DNA of 64,000 nucleotides from Corallochytrium limacisporum Hawaii (Eukaryota > Protista > Pluriformea), in assembly GCA_002811645.1 (NCBI GenBank), contig PDIP01000030.1, positions 86,481 through 150,480 on the forward strand, in the 5' to 3' direction. The notes below the pieces were generated by a model. It had not been told where the DNA came from. It made no database searches and saw only the letters and a program-made list of their open reading frames with translations. Positions 34,957 through 45,862 of this stretch are shown one piece after another; position 1 is the stretch's first letter, and each line of letters begins with the position of its first letter. The position numbers were made by a program, and so were the translations under genes.

Positions 34957-35469
34957 ATGGCAATGACAGACACAATGAGTCCTAGTACCGAACGGGGATT
35001 TTACACATTCAGCATTCCTCCCTACATGAAGGAGAAGGGTAAGGAGGACTCTCTGTCTTCTCTTCACCTAGAGTCACTGTTCGACATGAGCAGTATGAAG
35101 CAACATATGGCTGAGAACAAGTCTTCAGCAGTCCGCGCTGGCGCGAACCAAGATAGAGAGACAGAGACTCGCACCACCATCACTTCCGTGAACTCGCTGG
35201 ACGAGGATCAGATGAGCGAGACAGAGACCATTGACTCTACTTGCAAGTGCAATGTTAGCTTCTGTATGGAGCCTGCCGTCATTGAAGTTCACTCCAAGGA
35301 CGACTACGATCGCACTGGCAGCAAGAACCCGCGTCTATCTCTTCTGCAAAAGCTGAAGATCCGCGACGAGATGGTTAAGTTCAAGGAGTCCATGGACATT
35401 CATGAGGACTCAAAACACAACATTGACCGCATGAACTGGCTCACTCGGCCCGCTCACCAGTTCTTCTAA
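34957..35469 (+). CDS. Small protein with Phactr/Bni4-type C-terminal PP1-binding domain
   Basis: NVSF (RVxF-like)...DDYDR...LSLLQKLKIRDEMVKFKESMDIHEDSKH resembles Phactr IRF...QDYDR...LT..DKAAIRKELNEFK..MEVHE.SRH. Confidence 0.78.
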   Translation: MAMTDTMSPSTERGFYTFSIPPYMKEKGKEDSLSSLHLESLFDMSSMKQHMAENKSSAVRAGANQDRETETRTTITSVNSLDEDQMSETETIDSTCKCNVSFCMEPAVIEVHSKDDYDRTGSKNPRLSLLQKLKIRDEMVKFKESMDIHEDSKHNIDRMNWLTRPAHQFF

Positions 35470-35584
35470 TTGAAGAAATGTAGAGTATAAAAACACACAC
35501 ATACAATTAAAGAATCCATACTAGAGTACATTATCCAATCATCTATCCGAAGACCTTACGAATATTTGTCCCCATAACTACAGT

Positions 35585-36685
35585 CTATTGGTGCTCTTGT
35601 GCGAGCGTCGACCTCAGCTCATTGATGCGCTTGTCAATCTCTTCCATGGTCATGTCCGCACCGAATGACACTGTGCGGGTACGAGTGCGGCGAGAGGGTA
35701 GTTGAGGCCTCTCTTGCACGTCCTCCTGCTTGTCTTGCTCTCCGTCGGCCTCCACGAAGCGCCCTTCGTCCTCAGAATCCTCATCTACTTGGACCTCCCA
35801 GTTTTGCTGATAGTTTGCTGCTGAGTCATCTTTACCCGGTGCGTGCAGGTTCGTAATACCTGGTGTTGCAGATTCCAAAACAAGTAGGCGCTTTTCAATG
35901 GCTTTGAGTCGTTCGTAGACTGGAACATTGACCGGGGGTTCCTTGTAGTGGAGTCCAGCAGCATCCTCCAACATTCTCAATCGGTCGTCCATGGCTGCCG
36001 TAGCTCCAAGACCACGGAGGTTACGTGTCTGTCCTATACTCTTGTTAGTGGTCTTGGACAATGGTCCGTAGATCTGTTCGCTTGACAGAACTTTTATCCG
36101 CGGCCCACTATCGTTTTGGCGTGGTCTGGTTCGAGCTGATCCCGCATTCTCCACGTCGGCGTCGTCTTCTGCGGCAGTGTATTCCACTTCATTGCTTTCC
36201 GCATTGTGCTTGGAACATAACTCCATGAAAGCTGTGACTCTTCGATAGACTTCAGTGTGGTCTGCAACGATTTCTACTTCCTCCTTGTTTAGTCTTGCGT
36301 CATGGACAGTGCGTTGGCGGTCCTGTGCTTCGTTCAATAGGTTCTTGATCTCCGACTCTGACACGTCGGAAAGTTTCTTACGCTTCTGGATCTCACTGAT
36401 CAGACTGGGCAGTAAATCGTTGATTGCTTTGCGTACCAGCGCATTTGTATCGATTTCTGGCATCGTGACCGGACTCTCCTGTCCACTACCTACGGGCTCG
36501 TCATTCAGAGAGATATCGAGATCGTCGTCTTCCACACCCTGCTGATATTCATATCTCCGCCGTTTGATCTGTGCTGATCGTGGAGTCTGAGACGTCTTTT
36601 GCAACTGTGACGTAATATTCACCTCCACGAATTGGCTTACTGCCGACTGGAGTTTGTTCAGCTGCTCTGCGCTTAGGTTCTCCAT
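35585..36685 (-). CDS. MBIP: MAP3K12-binding inhibitory protein 1-like (ATAC complex subunit)
   Basis: ADHTEVYRRVTAFM...N..E...SART and DRLRMLE...PVYERLKAIEKRLLVLESATP match the two conserved MBIP blocks. Confidence 0.78.
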   Translation of the reverse strand: MENLSAEQLNKLQSAVSQFVEVNITSQLQKTSQTPRSAQIKRRRYEYQQGVEDDDLDISLNDEPVGSGQESPVTMPEIDTNALVRKAINDLLPSLISEIQKRKKLSDVSESEIKNLLNEAQDRQRTVHDARLNKEEVEIVADHTEVYRRVTAFMELCSKHNAESNEVEYTAAEDDADVENAGSARTRPRQNDSGPRIKVLSSEQIYGPLSKTTNKSIGQTRNLRGLGATAAMDDRLRMLEDAAGLHYKEPPVNVPVYERLKAIEKRLLVLESATPGITNLHAPGKDDSAANYQQNWEVQVDEDSEDEGRFVEADGEQDKQEDVQERPQLPSRRTRTRTVSFGADMTMEEIDKRINELRSTLAQEHQ

Positions 36686-39600
36686 TGTTTATGAAGAAAT
36701 TGTTACTATCGCCGGTGCTAGTTCCAGATTACATACTTGGTCCCCAAAAAACAACGAAACGAGATCTGCATATTAAGTATTGAACGTTTCCAAACTTCGA
36801 ACTATCTGTGTTGCAGATAAACTACTCTTCGTGGGTCGTAAATAACTACCTGAAAGTTGTAAAGTACCCGAGGCCCGCATAGCCAGAGGCTCCCCAATAC
36901 CCAGTGAACCGGAAACCCGCCCGCCTGGAAAACCGAACCCCACCTCACCAGCGCGCCAAAAAGGCAACCAATACTGAAAGTACCGGAACAGGGGTGGGAC
37001 TGCCTTGCACACCCCCACCACTGCCGCCTCTCGTGAAGCTCAAACCGGGGGCCAGGCGCCCATTAATTCACATTAATTATAAATTATTAGGGGTTGGATT
37101 AGAACACCCATTCAGGTTGGGATGCACAGACTGTTTGATGTCCGGCAGGCCAGAATCAGCGGAGTTTCATCCCTCACATCATCATTTGCAGTCCCGCCAT
37201 CATTGCCAAGGTAGGCACCCATTCATTGATCAACCATCACTGGCTGATGATACACATATTTACATACTTGCCAACGAGCATCCCACCGCTAACAGTCTGC
37301 TCCCAATAGAATCAGCATCGTTTTGGTCAGGTAGCATGGGAGGATCGCGAAGATGATCAATGGTATATTCCCGCTTCGTTGGGGCGCGATAAGTCTCCAC
37401 AAAGGGCAACGGTTAATTCACTCTAGATTCGATATAGGACCAATAAGATAATTTTCTCAACTCCTTAGCCTGGGCTTTCTTGATTAGCGCCAAGTTGACA
37501 TCCTTAACCTTTCTCAACGGTCCTGGTGCTCCTTGAATACGTTCTCTTCGATTCAACACCAACACCTATATATTTTCTATAGAATCCTGGCGTTTTCTTG
37601 TCGACTCTCTCAGGCCCTAATGGTACAAAGAGTCCACTCGGTAAGGTAGGGTGGTGAAAAAACTTTCTTCGTAACAGATCGTATCTCTCATACACAAGAC
37701 TATATATAATGTATATCATTTATACACAGTGGCAGTGCAAACAGAGGGAACAGGCTTTCGGGAATCAGTTGCCGCAGTGATTTCAATGAGAAAGATGAGA
37801 TACTCCCCTCAATTTTTCCCTCCTTTCCTGAGGGGCCCAAAGAATCTATGCTATCAGGAATGAAACGGGGCCATAAGGGAATCAATGTAGTCCAAAACGG
37901 TCACAGAGCGAGGAGCCGCCGCGATGTGAAATTTGAAAGCCGAGCCTCCTATTTCCGTATAAAATGGTGAAGACGGAAAAAAGAAAACCCCTCCCACTGA
38001 AAACGCAAGAGAAGAAGAGGCAGGGAACTCGGGGGAAGGGGCTAGGAACGAGGAAAACTGTGTTTAGAAAAAATGACGCCATTTGGGTCGCTGGAATCGG
38101 GCCAATTAGGCCTTGGGGGGGAAGAGTGCCGTCTTTGCTTCGCCATCGCTGTGCTCTTATATACCAAGGCAAACAAAGCTCTCCCTATTTCTGTATATAT
38201 GTTAAGTATTGTAAACCAGCACAACCAACCGGTCCACTTCGAAAGCAGTATTCGTGGCGCACCCATCCCACGGACACATCGGCCACGTCTAGGTTCTGCC
38301 GTCAGTGCTTATGTCGATGCTGGTGCACTGCTGTTGTCTTCTGGCCCTTGATGGTCTCTATGTATTCAGTACTGTTGACGAGACCCTACTGTAAGGAAAT
38401 AAGGGGCGAGATCGGAAAGCTAAACGAGGTCCCCCGGTCCTCCCCGCCGTCCCGGGGCCAATTGCAGTACGGGGTCGGGCAATTTTGTGTTGACCGTTTA
38501 TGGCTTCACGAGATCAGGAAGTCGGTACATTTAGTATGGTGTGCTTATTGTCGCTTAGAACGTCCGATTTTCTCTTACCACAAAAGACCACAGAGTCGGA
38601 CAGTAAATACCGACAAAACACAGCACGCGGAAAATCGCAAGTCAATTGCCTTGAAAACGACAGTCAGGCTTTACACAGGTCCTCTCATACCTTTCAGACG
38701 TGATGACAGGCAGGAGGCAAGGGAGAGGTGGGAAGGGCCCCCGGGAGGGAGTAGGGAGAGGCGAGAGAGACAGTAACAGAAGCGAGCCCCGCCGTTTATA
38801 GTTTCGTTGCTCCTGATCGCCCATCAACTTACCCTCGTCATTTGATGTTCCTTTTCATTCCTTGTGCGTGCTTTGGGTGTCACTGGTGTGTGTCAGAGAT
38901 CACCAAGCATGCCTCGGCTCAGCTGTACACAAACGACACTGGCACGAATATTTCGCTGGGATTCCAAATTCCGTTTTCTTCGCCCTCCCCTCCACCACCG
39001 TCTCCCCTACGACTCTGTTATGGTGTGTTTTCTGTCCCTGTTGCGTGCCTTATATGTTTCTGTGCGGGGGAGAGCGCATTAAAAAAAAATGCGCCATTTT
39101 CACACCGTGTCGGACCTGGTGCACAAGGCACCGCATACGCCCACCACCAGGCCCTGACCGCGAGTAGAATGAAATATTTACGAATGTGCAACTGACACAA
39201 CAATGGGCCCGAGCCAATGCAATTCATTTACTATTTCACAAGGGCATGGTTGACATGTACAGATATAAGAATAACCTATAACTCAGCTGACGGTTGCTGA
39301 CCAGTTTATCCACCTGTGGGTATGCTCGGTCATGAAATTCCAAGGCATTGCATGCCGCAGTTGAGTAAGCAAGAATGATAAGTGCGACCCCCAAGTCTGA
39401 TCTTCCGTTCCCATAGTGGGACGTATGCGGGCGAGCAACATGCGCGATTGCTTGCAGTTCCTTGGTATATTCGCAATATGAGGTGACCGCTTGCATTCCT
39501 GGGGGATATATCAGACTGGTCCACAATGACATGTTTGGGGTGGTTGTGTGGAGGGGATTCCAAGTTCCCTGAAGCAGGTGGGGGTGTGGGGTCCAGGAAT

Positions 39601-39880
39601 CATTTTTCCGTCTCTTCGGTACAGTGCCTGGTGCTTGATTGGAGGTGATATAACGATTCTGAAAGCTATCACAGTCTGTCTCTTCCCGTGATCCTCCCCT
39701 CTCCTTCGTTCCTTTCCTCCCCCCCCCCTTTCCTCTCGTCTTCCTAGCCCGCCCGCCCCTCCGGTCCTCGGGCCAACCGCCCCTTTCGTTTGTTTCGAAA
39801 TTTAAGCTACGGGCATAATTAGCTGCCTAAAACACTACGAAACCAGAGGATCTTGCTCCAAAGAGCGAAGGATGCGTGCC

Positions 39881-39895
39881 TGTGTGTGTGTGTGT
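39881..39895. repeat. (TG)7.5 microsatellite
   Basis: tgtgtgtgtgtgtgt. Confidence 0.85.
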
Positions 39896-40089
39896 TTGAA
39901 AAAAGAGTCATGCAGGTGTGGGTCAAGATGTGTTGCTCCAACGACGGCGATCGATTGCTCTTGCTGACTCTTCCCACCGATTTCTCGTGCTCTGCAGTAC
40001 TGAAAGAATAGGGATGTAGCGGTTTTGGAACCAAATACAAAGAAGCAACAACAAGAGCTGCTCCATTGAAAACCACGGGATCTTCCTTT

Positions 40090-40165
40090 CCCCCCCCCCC
40101 ACACCCCAATCCCCAGGGAGGGGTGGTAGGGGGAATGGTCCCCCCACCCCCCCCCCCCCCCCCCC
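40090..40165 (-). other. C-tract cluster (G-quadruplex potential on the minus strand) containing the variant motif ccccagggagggg
   Basis: C11, C4, C4, C6 and C19 runs, 550-630 bp upstream of the aminotransferase. Confidence 0.5.
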
Positions 40166-40715
40166 GTGTATGCTGGAATGTCTACTTGCTTGTTAGGATC
40201 TACACGGCGGAGGGGGGAGGAAGCGGAAAAAAGGAGTACATTTTGTAGATGGCGTTAAAGAGAGTGGCCTTTTTAATATTCGTGGGGTGTGTGCGTACTG
40301 GTAAGTCGTGCTCTGGGTTGACCCGCGCCTTACGGCTCCGCTCGCGAAGCCGAGGGGGAAGTCTCCCCCGGAGACGCGAACGACAAGCAACATCGGCCAC
40401 CAAAGGATGGCTCTTTGAACGAGAGCACTTGGTGACATCGCATCAATGGATAGTGAAGATTTGTCAATGAGAAGAAAGGCTGAGTGCACGACCTGTTGAG
40501 AGTTCTTGACGACTCAGTAAAGCTATTTGATCCTGGTGGCACACAGCAGCTTATACGGCGAACAGTTTGATCATCTATCTTAGAAGTCACACCCTAGTTT
40601 ATATCACACGGGACAATCATCAGTATGGCCTGTGAAGAATCATCATAAGATTGAAGCCTGTTGGCATTATAAAAACATCGATAACCATAGAATGAGTCAT
40701 CAGCAATAGAAAAAC

Positions 40716-42596
40716 ATGGCGATGAGACAACCCCTTGCGACACGTGGACCGTGGTCTGCTGCCCGCCGGCAGGCCAGGACTATCGAGCGGTCCGTATCCC
40801 CTGTTCGTGCAGCTAGTAGCATGAGCATGACTCTGCCTAGGGCACATGTGTCCAACAGGACCATGGGAGAGTTCGTCCCTAAGGCTCCGAAGTTACCACT
40901 CCATGACAAACCGAGGGAACAAATCCGCCAACGGAGCAGCGGTGTTTTGGGACAGTACAGAATGATCTATCAACACACACCTAGCAAGAGCATGCAATCC
41001 AACACCTCACAGCTCAATCAAGCTGTGGCCGAGCAGTATCGTTTAATGCCCATGCAGCGTGCCAGCAAGCCCACTGACATTGGCAGAATCACGGAGAAGC
41101 CAAAACCTCGCCTGGCTGAAGAAATTGTGGGTAGCAAACAGAGTGGTTTTCGTCCGGCAGCGACAGGAGGCGGTAATCTGCAATTTGTCCCGTCCATGCG
41201 CACATGGAAAAGCAGTCTGTTTGGTCCTCCCCTGGCGCGGGCGCCTACCAACTACTCTACCAAGACACAGTTTGAAATGAGCAAGCGGATTCTGAAGTCG
41301 GGACCTTCAGTTTTCAACCGCTTTAACGACATGGCAAAGGAATACAACGCCATCAACATGGCCCAAGGGTACGTGAACCTGAGTCCCGAAACGTTGATGA
41401 ATCTTCTGCGGGCAGACGATGTCATCAAGCGTACCCCTGAGGAACAGCGTGCAGCGCAAAAGACTGCGGAAATGAAGAATGCTGGAGGTGTCGCGCTGAC
41501 CTCCAAGGGATCAGAGACTCTCCGCCAGGCAATCTGCAAAACCTACAGCAAGCAGTATGGCATGAGCTCACTGGACCCGGAAAAAGAAGTCGTAATCACA
41601 TCTGGTGCGACTGAAGCTGCCTTCTCCTGCATGCAGGCCTTGATCAATCCTGGTGATGAAGCCATCATCTTTGAGCCTTTCTACGATGCCTACCCGGTTC
41701 AGGCGGAAATGGCTGGCGGAGAGTGCAAGTTCGTGCCTCTTAAGGAGCCTGAGGGCAGCGATCGATATGATGTGGCTAACTGGAAAATTGACATGGACGC
41801 TTTCCGCAAGGCATTAAGCCCGAAGACAAAGGTGATCATCTTCAACAACCCTCACAATCCTCTTGGCAAAGTGTTCACTCGCGAGGAGATCACAGAGATT
41901 TGCGACCTTATCAAGACTACCAACGCCATTGTTGTAGCTGATGAAGTGTACGATCAGATGGTCTTCACTGATGCGTGTAGCGAGCATGTTTCGATTGCCT
42001 CCCTGCCTGATATGTTTGAGCGTACCATCACCCTGTCATCTGCTGGCAAGCGTCTGAGCGTGGATGGCTGGAAGATTGGCTGGGCCGTTGGACCTGCCGA
42101 ATTGATTGAGGCCGTAACCTTGGCGCACCAGTGGATACCTTTCTCAGTGTCTTTGACTCTGCAGAACACTGTCCAGGCTGCTTTGGAACTGACCACTGAT
42201 TCTCACTACCTGGATCGAACCCGTGAAATGTTCCAAAGAAAGCGTGACCACCTAATTGCAGGTCTCGATGAAGCAGGCCTGCGTGCCATTCATCCCGAAG
42301 GATGCCACTTCCTTTTGGTAGATACTTCGTGCATTAGCACAGAACATGGCTTTGACGAGATGGGAGTCGAGGAAGATGGCGAATCCCGCCGCGACTACCG
42401 CATGTGCCGCTTCTGGAGCGAGAGAATTGGTGTTACCCCGATCCCTCCAAGTGCCTTCTACTCCAAGCAGAATGCTCATATGGCGGGCAGCTGGATCCGC
42501 CTAGCATTCTGCAAACCTGACGAGGTCATTAATCAAGCCTGTGATCGCATTGCTAATTTTATGAAGAAGGCTAGCGCTCAGCAGACAGCCGAGTGA
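40716..42596 (+). CDS. Kynurenine-oxoglutarate/glutamine transaminase (class I/II PLP aminotransferase) with long N-terminal extension
   Basis: AINMAQG, ITSGATEA, EPFYDAY, NNPHNPLGKVF, ADEVY, SAGK...GWKIGW (PLP lysine), IRLAFCK. True start uncertain; alternative Met near 41278. Confidence 0.92.
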   Translation: MAMRQPLATRGPWSAARRQARTIERSVSPVRAASSMSMTLPRAHVSNRTMGEFVPKAPKLPLHDKPREQIRQRSSGVLGQYRMIYQHTPSKSMQSNTSQLNQAVAEQYRLMPMQRASKPTDIGRITEKPKPRLAEEIVGSKQSGFRPAATGGGNLQFVPSMRTWKSSLFGPPLARAPTNYSTKTQFEMSKRILKSGPSVFNRFNDMAKEYNAINMAQGYVNLSPETLMNLLRADDVIKRTPEEQRAAQKTAEMKNAGGVALTSKGSETLRQAICKTYSKQYGMSSLDPEKEVVITSGATEAAFSCMQALINPGDEAIIFEPFYDAYPVQAEMAGGECKFVPLKEPEGSDRYDVANWKIDMDAFRKALSPKTKVIIFNNPHNPLGKVFTREEITEICDLIKTTNAIVVADEVYDQMVFTDACSEHVSIASLPDMFERTITLSSAGKRLSVDGWKIGWAVGPAELIEAVTLAHQWIPFSVSLTLQNTVQAALELTTDSHYLDRTREMFQRKRDHLIAGLDEAGLRAIHPEGCHFLLVDTSCISTEHGFDEMGVEEDGESRRDYRMCRFWSERIGVTPIPPSAFYSKQNAHMAGSWIRLAFCKPDEVINQACDRIANFMKKASAQQTAE

Positions 42597-42794
42597 GTTG
42601 CTCGCCCTTGTTTAATTTTAATAGTTTGGCAAATTACACACCCTATACAAACATTCCTGCTCAGATACTGTCCGCAGAAAGTATTGAGCAACGAATCATT
42701 ACACAGTGCACCTCTACTCTTGTATTGATCTACTGGTCATCCTTTGCTTGCCCGGTGCTCTATGGTTTATCATTCAATGCCTGCTCTCTCTTGC

Positions 42795-44321
42795 TCATGA
42801 AACGGTGCGCAAGTAATGCGGTGGTGACGGCCAGACGTCAATGAGTTGGTCCGGTCGGATCGGTGTCGTAAGCCATTCAAAGAAGCCGCATCTACGATCC
42901 GCACAAGACCAAAAGTACCGACCCGGCCCTGATCGGGCGTTTCGTTGAGTGTCCATTTGTGCAGCATTCAAGACGTTGCCGGTATCAATGGCGCCACCCT
43001 TCATCACCGGTTTGAGTACCGCCGGCTTTCCACAGCGGCAATTGATTCGGATCCGCTGAAAGGGCTTCACTAGCATACGAAACGTCAGACTCAGTCTCGC
43101 CTCGCCGCTTACTTCGTGAACAGGGAATCGATGTTCACGAGGGATGCAATGCTTCCACTCTTCCTGATTCGGAGGGTACATGACTGCCAAGCTGTTGTGT
43201 GGCAATCGGACTCCAAATGTGTCATCCTTGCCCGTGTCGGGGTCCTTCGGCCATGGGCTGCTGGTTTCAGTGGATGGCGCGAAGGTAAAGATCCGCGCCG
43301 CACCGAGGCTGAGACCGGCTATGATGGGCAGTGGGCCAATTGAACTCAGATAGTCGGAATGCGCAGCCACTGTATCCTGCCCACTGCGATACAAATTGGC
43401 CACAATCAGATCTGAGTACCAACGCTCAGCACCATATGCCAGTCCAGGGAAGGCCATAGGAATACACACAGACCTCCGCTCAGTCTCCACGCGATCACTG
43501 ACGACTCTGCGTACTTCCTCCATGAGCTCCTTAATCTCGCTCGGGATCTCATTGCGGCCAATCATTGCGTAGATGTGTTCCTCCTCTTCTTCCCGGCTTG
43601 GATCAATGGCCATCATGCCCGTGTCACTACCCACGATACCTTTCTGCGGCTCTTCACACAAAAAGTCCTGATATCCTGGACTGTCCGACGGAGGATTGAA
43701 CCTGAAAACTGTGCTGAGCCGAGGGCTCTCGATCTGCTTTCCGTAGACCATACGTTCCGATTGTTCCCACTGCTTACGGGCCTGCTGCATCATGACCATT
43801 AGAATACGGTTGGCTAATTCTTCAGGAAGGACATTGAGCGCAAGGCTACAATGTGTCGTCTGAGCAAATTCATCCTGCGAAATGCGAACACTGTCACTCA
43901 TACGGCCGCCGCGGTAACGGTAGAATTGTGGAGAATTGCTGGTACTAAGACTACTTGCAACCTCTGGGTGTCCCGACGCGGCAAAGGATCCCTTCAGAGT
44001 TTGTTGTTTGAGTAGTTTACGCTTCTTATTGGACGAATCGATATCCATATCATTATGCTCACCGGCCTGGAACACAGGTAACCCAAGATTTGATTTCGGA
44101 ATACTGATCATATTGCCTTGGGCGCTAAAAAATCTATTCGCAGCCTGATCAACATCTCCACCACATGCATCCAGCAGGTTCTGTAGGTGTGCTGCGTCAT
44201 CACAGCAAGTCACGCCCTGCAGGATTTGCAACTTTCCTCTGGGAGTTTCGTTCTGGCTTTCCGCAGACTCATGGATGTTCGTAAGAGAATTCGAACAGCT
44301 GAAGCCTTCGCTGCGAACCAT
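42795..44321 (-). CDS. AlkB-family 2OG-Fe(II) dioxygenase with N-terminal CUE/UBA-like domain and C-terminal GRF zinc finger
   Basis: LLDACGGDVDQAANRFF; N.Y...HSD...LSLGA.R.F...H...RLSLTFR; CRCG...GRYFWSC...CGFFEW. First ATG at 44321. Confidence 0.9.
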   Translation of the reverse strand: MVRSEGFSCSNSLTNIHESAESQNETPRGKLQILQGVTCCDDAAHLQNLLDACGGDVDQAANRFFSAQGNMISIPKSNLGLPVFQAGEHNDMDIDSSNKKRKLLKQQTLKGSFAASGHPEVASSLSTSNSPQFYRYRGGRMSDSVRISQDEFAQTTHCSLALNVLPEELANRILMVMMQQARKQWEQSERMVYGKQIESPRLSTVFRFNPPSDSPGYQDFLCEEPQKGIVGSDTGMMAIDPSREEEEEHIYAMIGRNEIPSEIKELMEEVRRVVSDRVETERRSVCIPMAFPGLAYGAERWYSDLIVANLYRSGQDTVAAHSDYLSSIGPLPIIAGLSLGAARIFTFAPSTETSSPWPKDPDTGKDDTFGVRLPHNSLAVMYPPNQEEWKHCIPREHRFPVHEVSGEARLSLTFRMLVKPFQRIRINCRCGKPAVLKPVMKGGAIDTGNVLNAAQMDTQRNARSGPGRYFWSCADRRCGFFEWLTTPIRPDQLIDVWPSPPHYLRTVS

Positions 44322-45046
44322 GGTTGAGCTATAGCTCACATTTCTGTTCCTCCCGTACTAGTTCAGTTGAGCACTGCCATATGTGGGCTTGCCGATAATA
44401 TAGAAACACACTTACGCCGAACGTCATGAGAATAGAATTAGTTAAATACTTGTTTGCAGACGAGAGCTCCTGGTCCGCCATTGCGCCTTTGTAGTGAGCT
44501 CAGCGAGAACTAGGGCAAATCGATCTCCGCCCCGGCCCAATCGCCGCTACGCTCACCAACACCCCCCCTTCCCCGCTCCCCAAAAAACACACACAAGCCA
44601 GCCGCCCTGACACCCCAATCAGAAAAACACACATAAATTTTCCCGCGAGACAATATTCCGAGGGATATATTTTCTAAAATTTCAGATTCGAGGGCGGTTG
44701 GGGGGAGGTTGCTTTTGGTATACATTTGTATGGGTGGGCGTGTGCACTCTGGGGACCACAGTGGGCCATAGTGAACGTTACGAGTTTGCTCACTCTATAG
44801 TGGGAGTAGAGGGGTTGAACCGGGGAGGCTTCAAGTGTACCTGCTGGATAGGGGACACCACCGATGGCCAGGTTGGTTCCTGTGCCAGCCGAAAGCAGCT
44901 CGGCTCCGCTTCCGGTGCTCGGCCTAGGCTACCGTACTTGACAAGGATATTATAGAAGCTGCAGTCTCGGAAACGTATTTAAGGTATAAATCATCTTCAC
45001 CAGGACGCAAAAGTGGGAACAAGTATTCCATATTTTATTTGGGTAG

Positions 45047-45274
<228 letters not shown>

Positions 45275-45567
45275 GTTCGGCAAATGATAAGATTGGACAA
45301 AAACTCAGAATAACAGTCGGAACAGAATTGTATTAGCATATGTGAGAGATGGATCTGGGCGCATGTATCAGTTGATTCGGATCACGGCCCAAGTCATTTT
45401 TCGCACACCACACACATTTACATATTAACATAGCACAAATGTACGTCACGGTTCTACATGTCATAATAGCATCATGCAAGGTAGCACTATAGCGGACTGC
45501 TTTTTTTAGGGTTCGTCATGACCATTATCAGAACAAGCTGCCCTTGTACTCTTGCGTTGAGCATTCT

Positions 45568-45807
45568 TCAGAGTTCCAACCACTGACGTAAATCATTTGC
45601 ATTAAATTTTTCGTAGTAACATTCGTCATGATACACATGATCGCCCTGTAGTTTATGGTATGTGTCACTCTTTATTGCCTCCGCGTCTTGATCGCTTTTG
45701 GGCTTCTCACTCTCATGCTTTGACTTGATGGAGTCTGCAGGGCAATTGGTTGTACCTAACCCTGAACCCCTACCTTGTGCATTAAATTGAATTAAGTGGC
45801 TCACCAT
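45568..45807 (-). CDS. Possible small hydrophilic protein (79 aa; frame is open up to 45960)
   Basis: ATG in aagATGGTG context as in TTC5 and V-ATPase c''; fills the only long convergent gap; no family recognised. Confidence 0.25.
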   Translation of the reverse strand: MVSHLIQFNAQGRGSGLGTTNCPADSIKSKHESEKPKSDQDAEAIKSDTYHKLQGDHVYHDECYYEKFNANDLRQWLEL

Positions 45808-45862
45808 CTTTTCAACTTTATTGACCTGTTCGTGGTGAAACGTAAGCTGATCCAGCGATGTC

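Noticed and set aside
20889-44646. E2F-like TTTSSCGC words (20889, 36953, 44639) and a C/EBP-like ATTGCGCAAT (27652)
   Set aside because: 8-10 bp matches are expected by chance in GC-rich promoters, and they are not concentrated at the cell-cycle genes.
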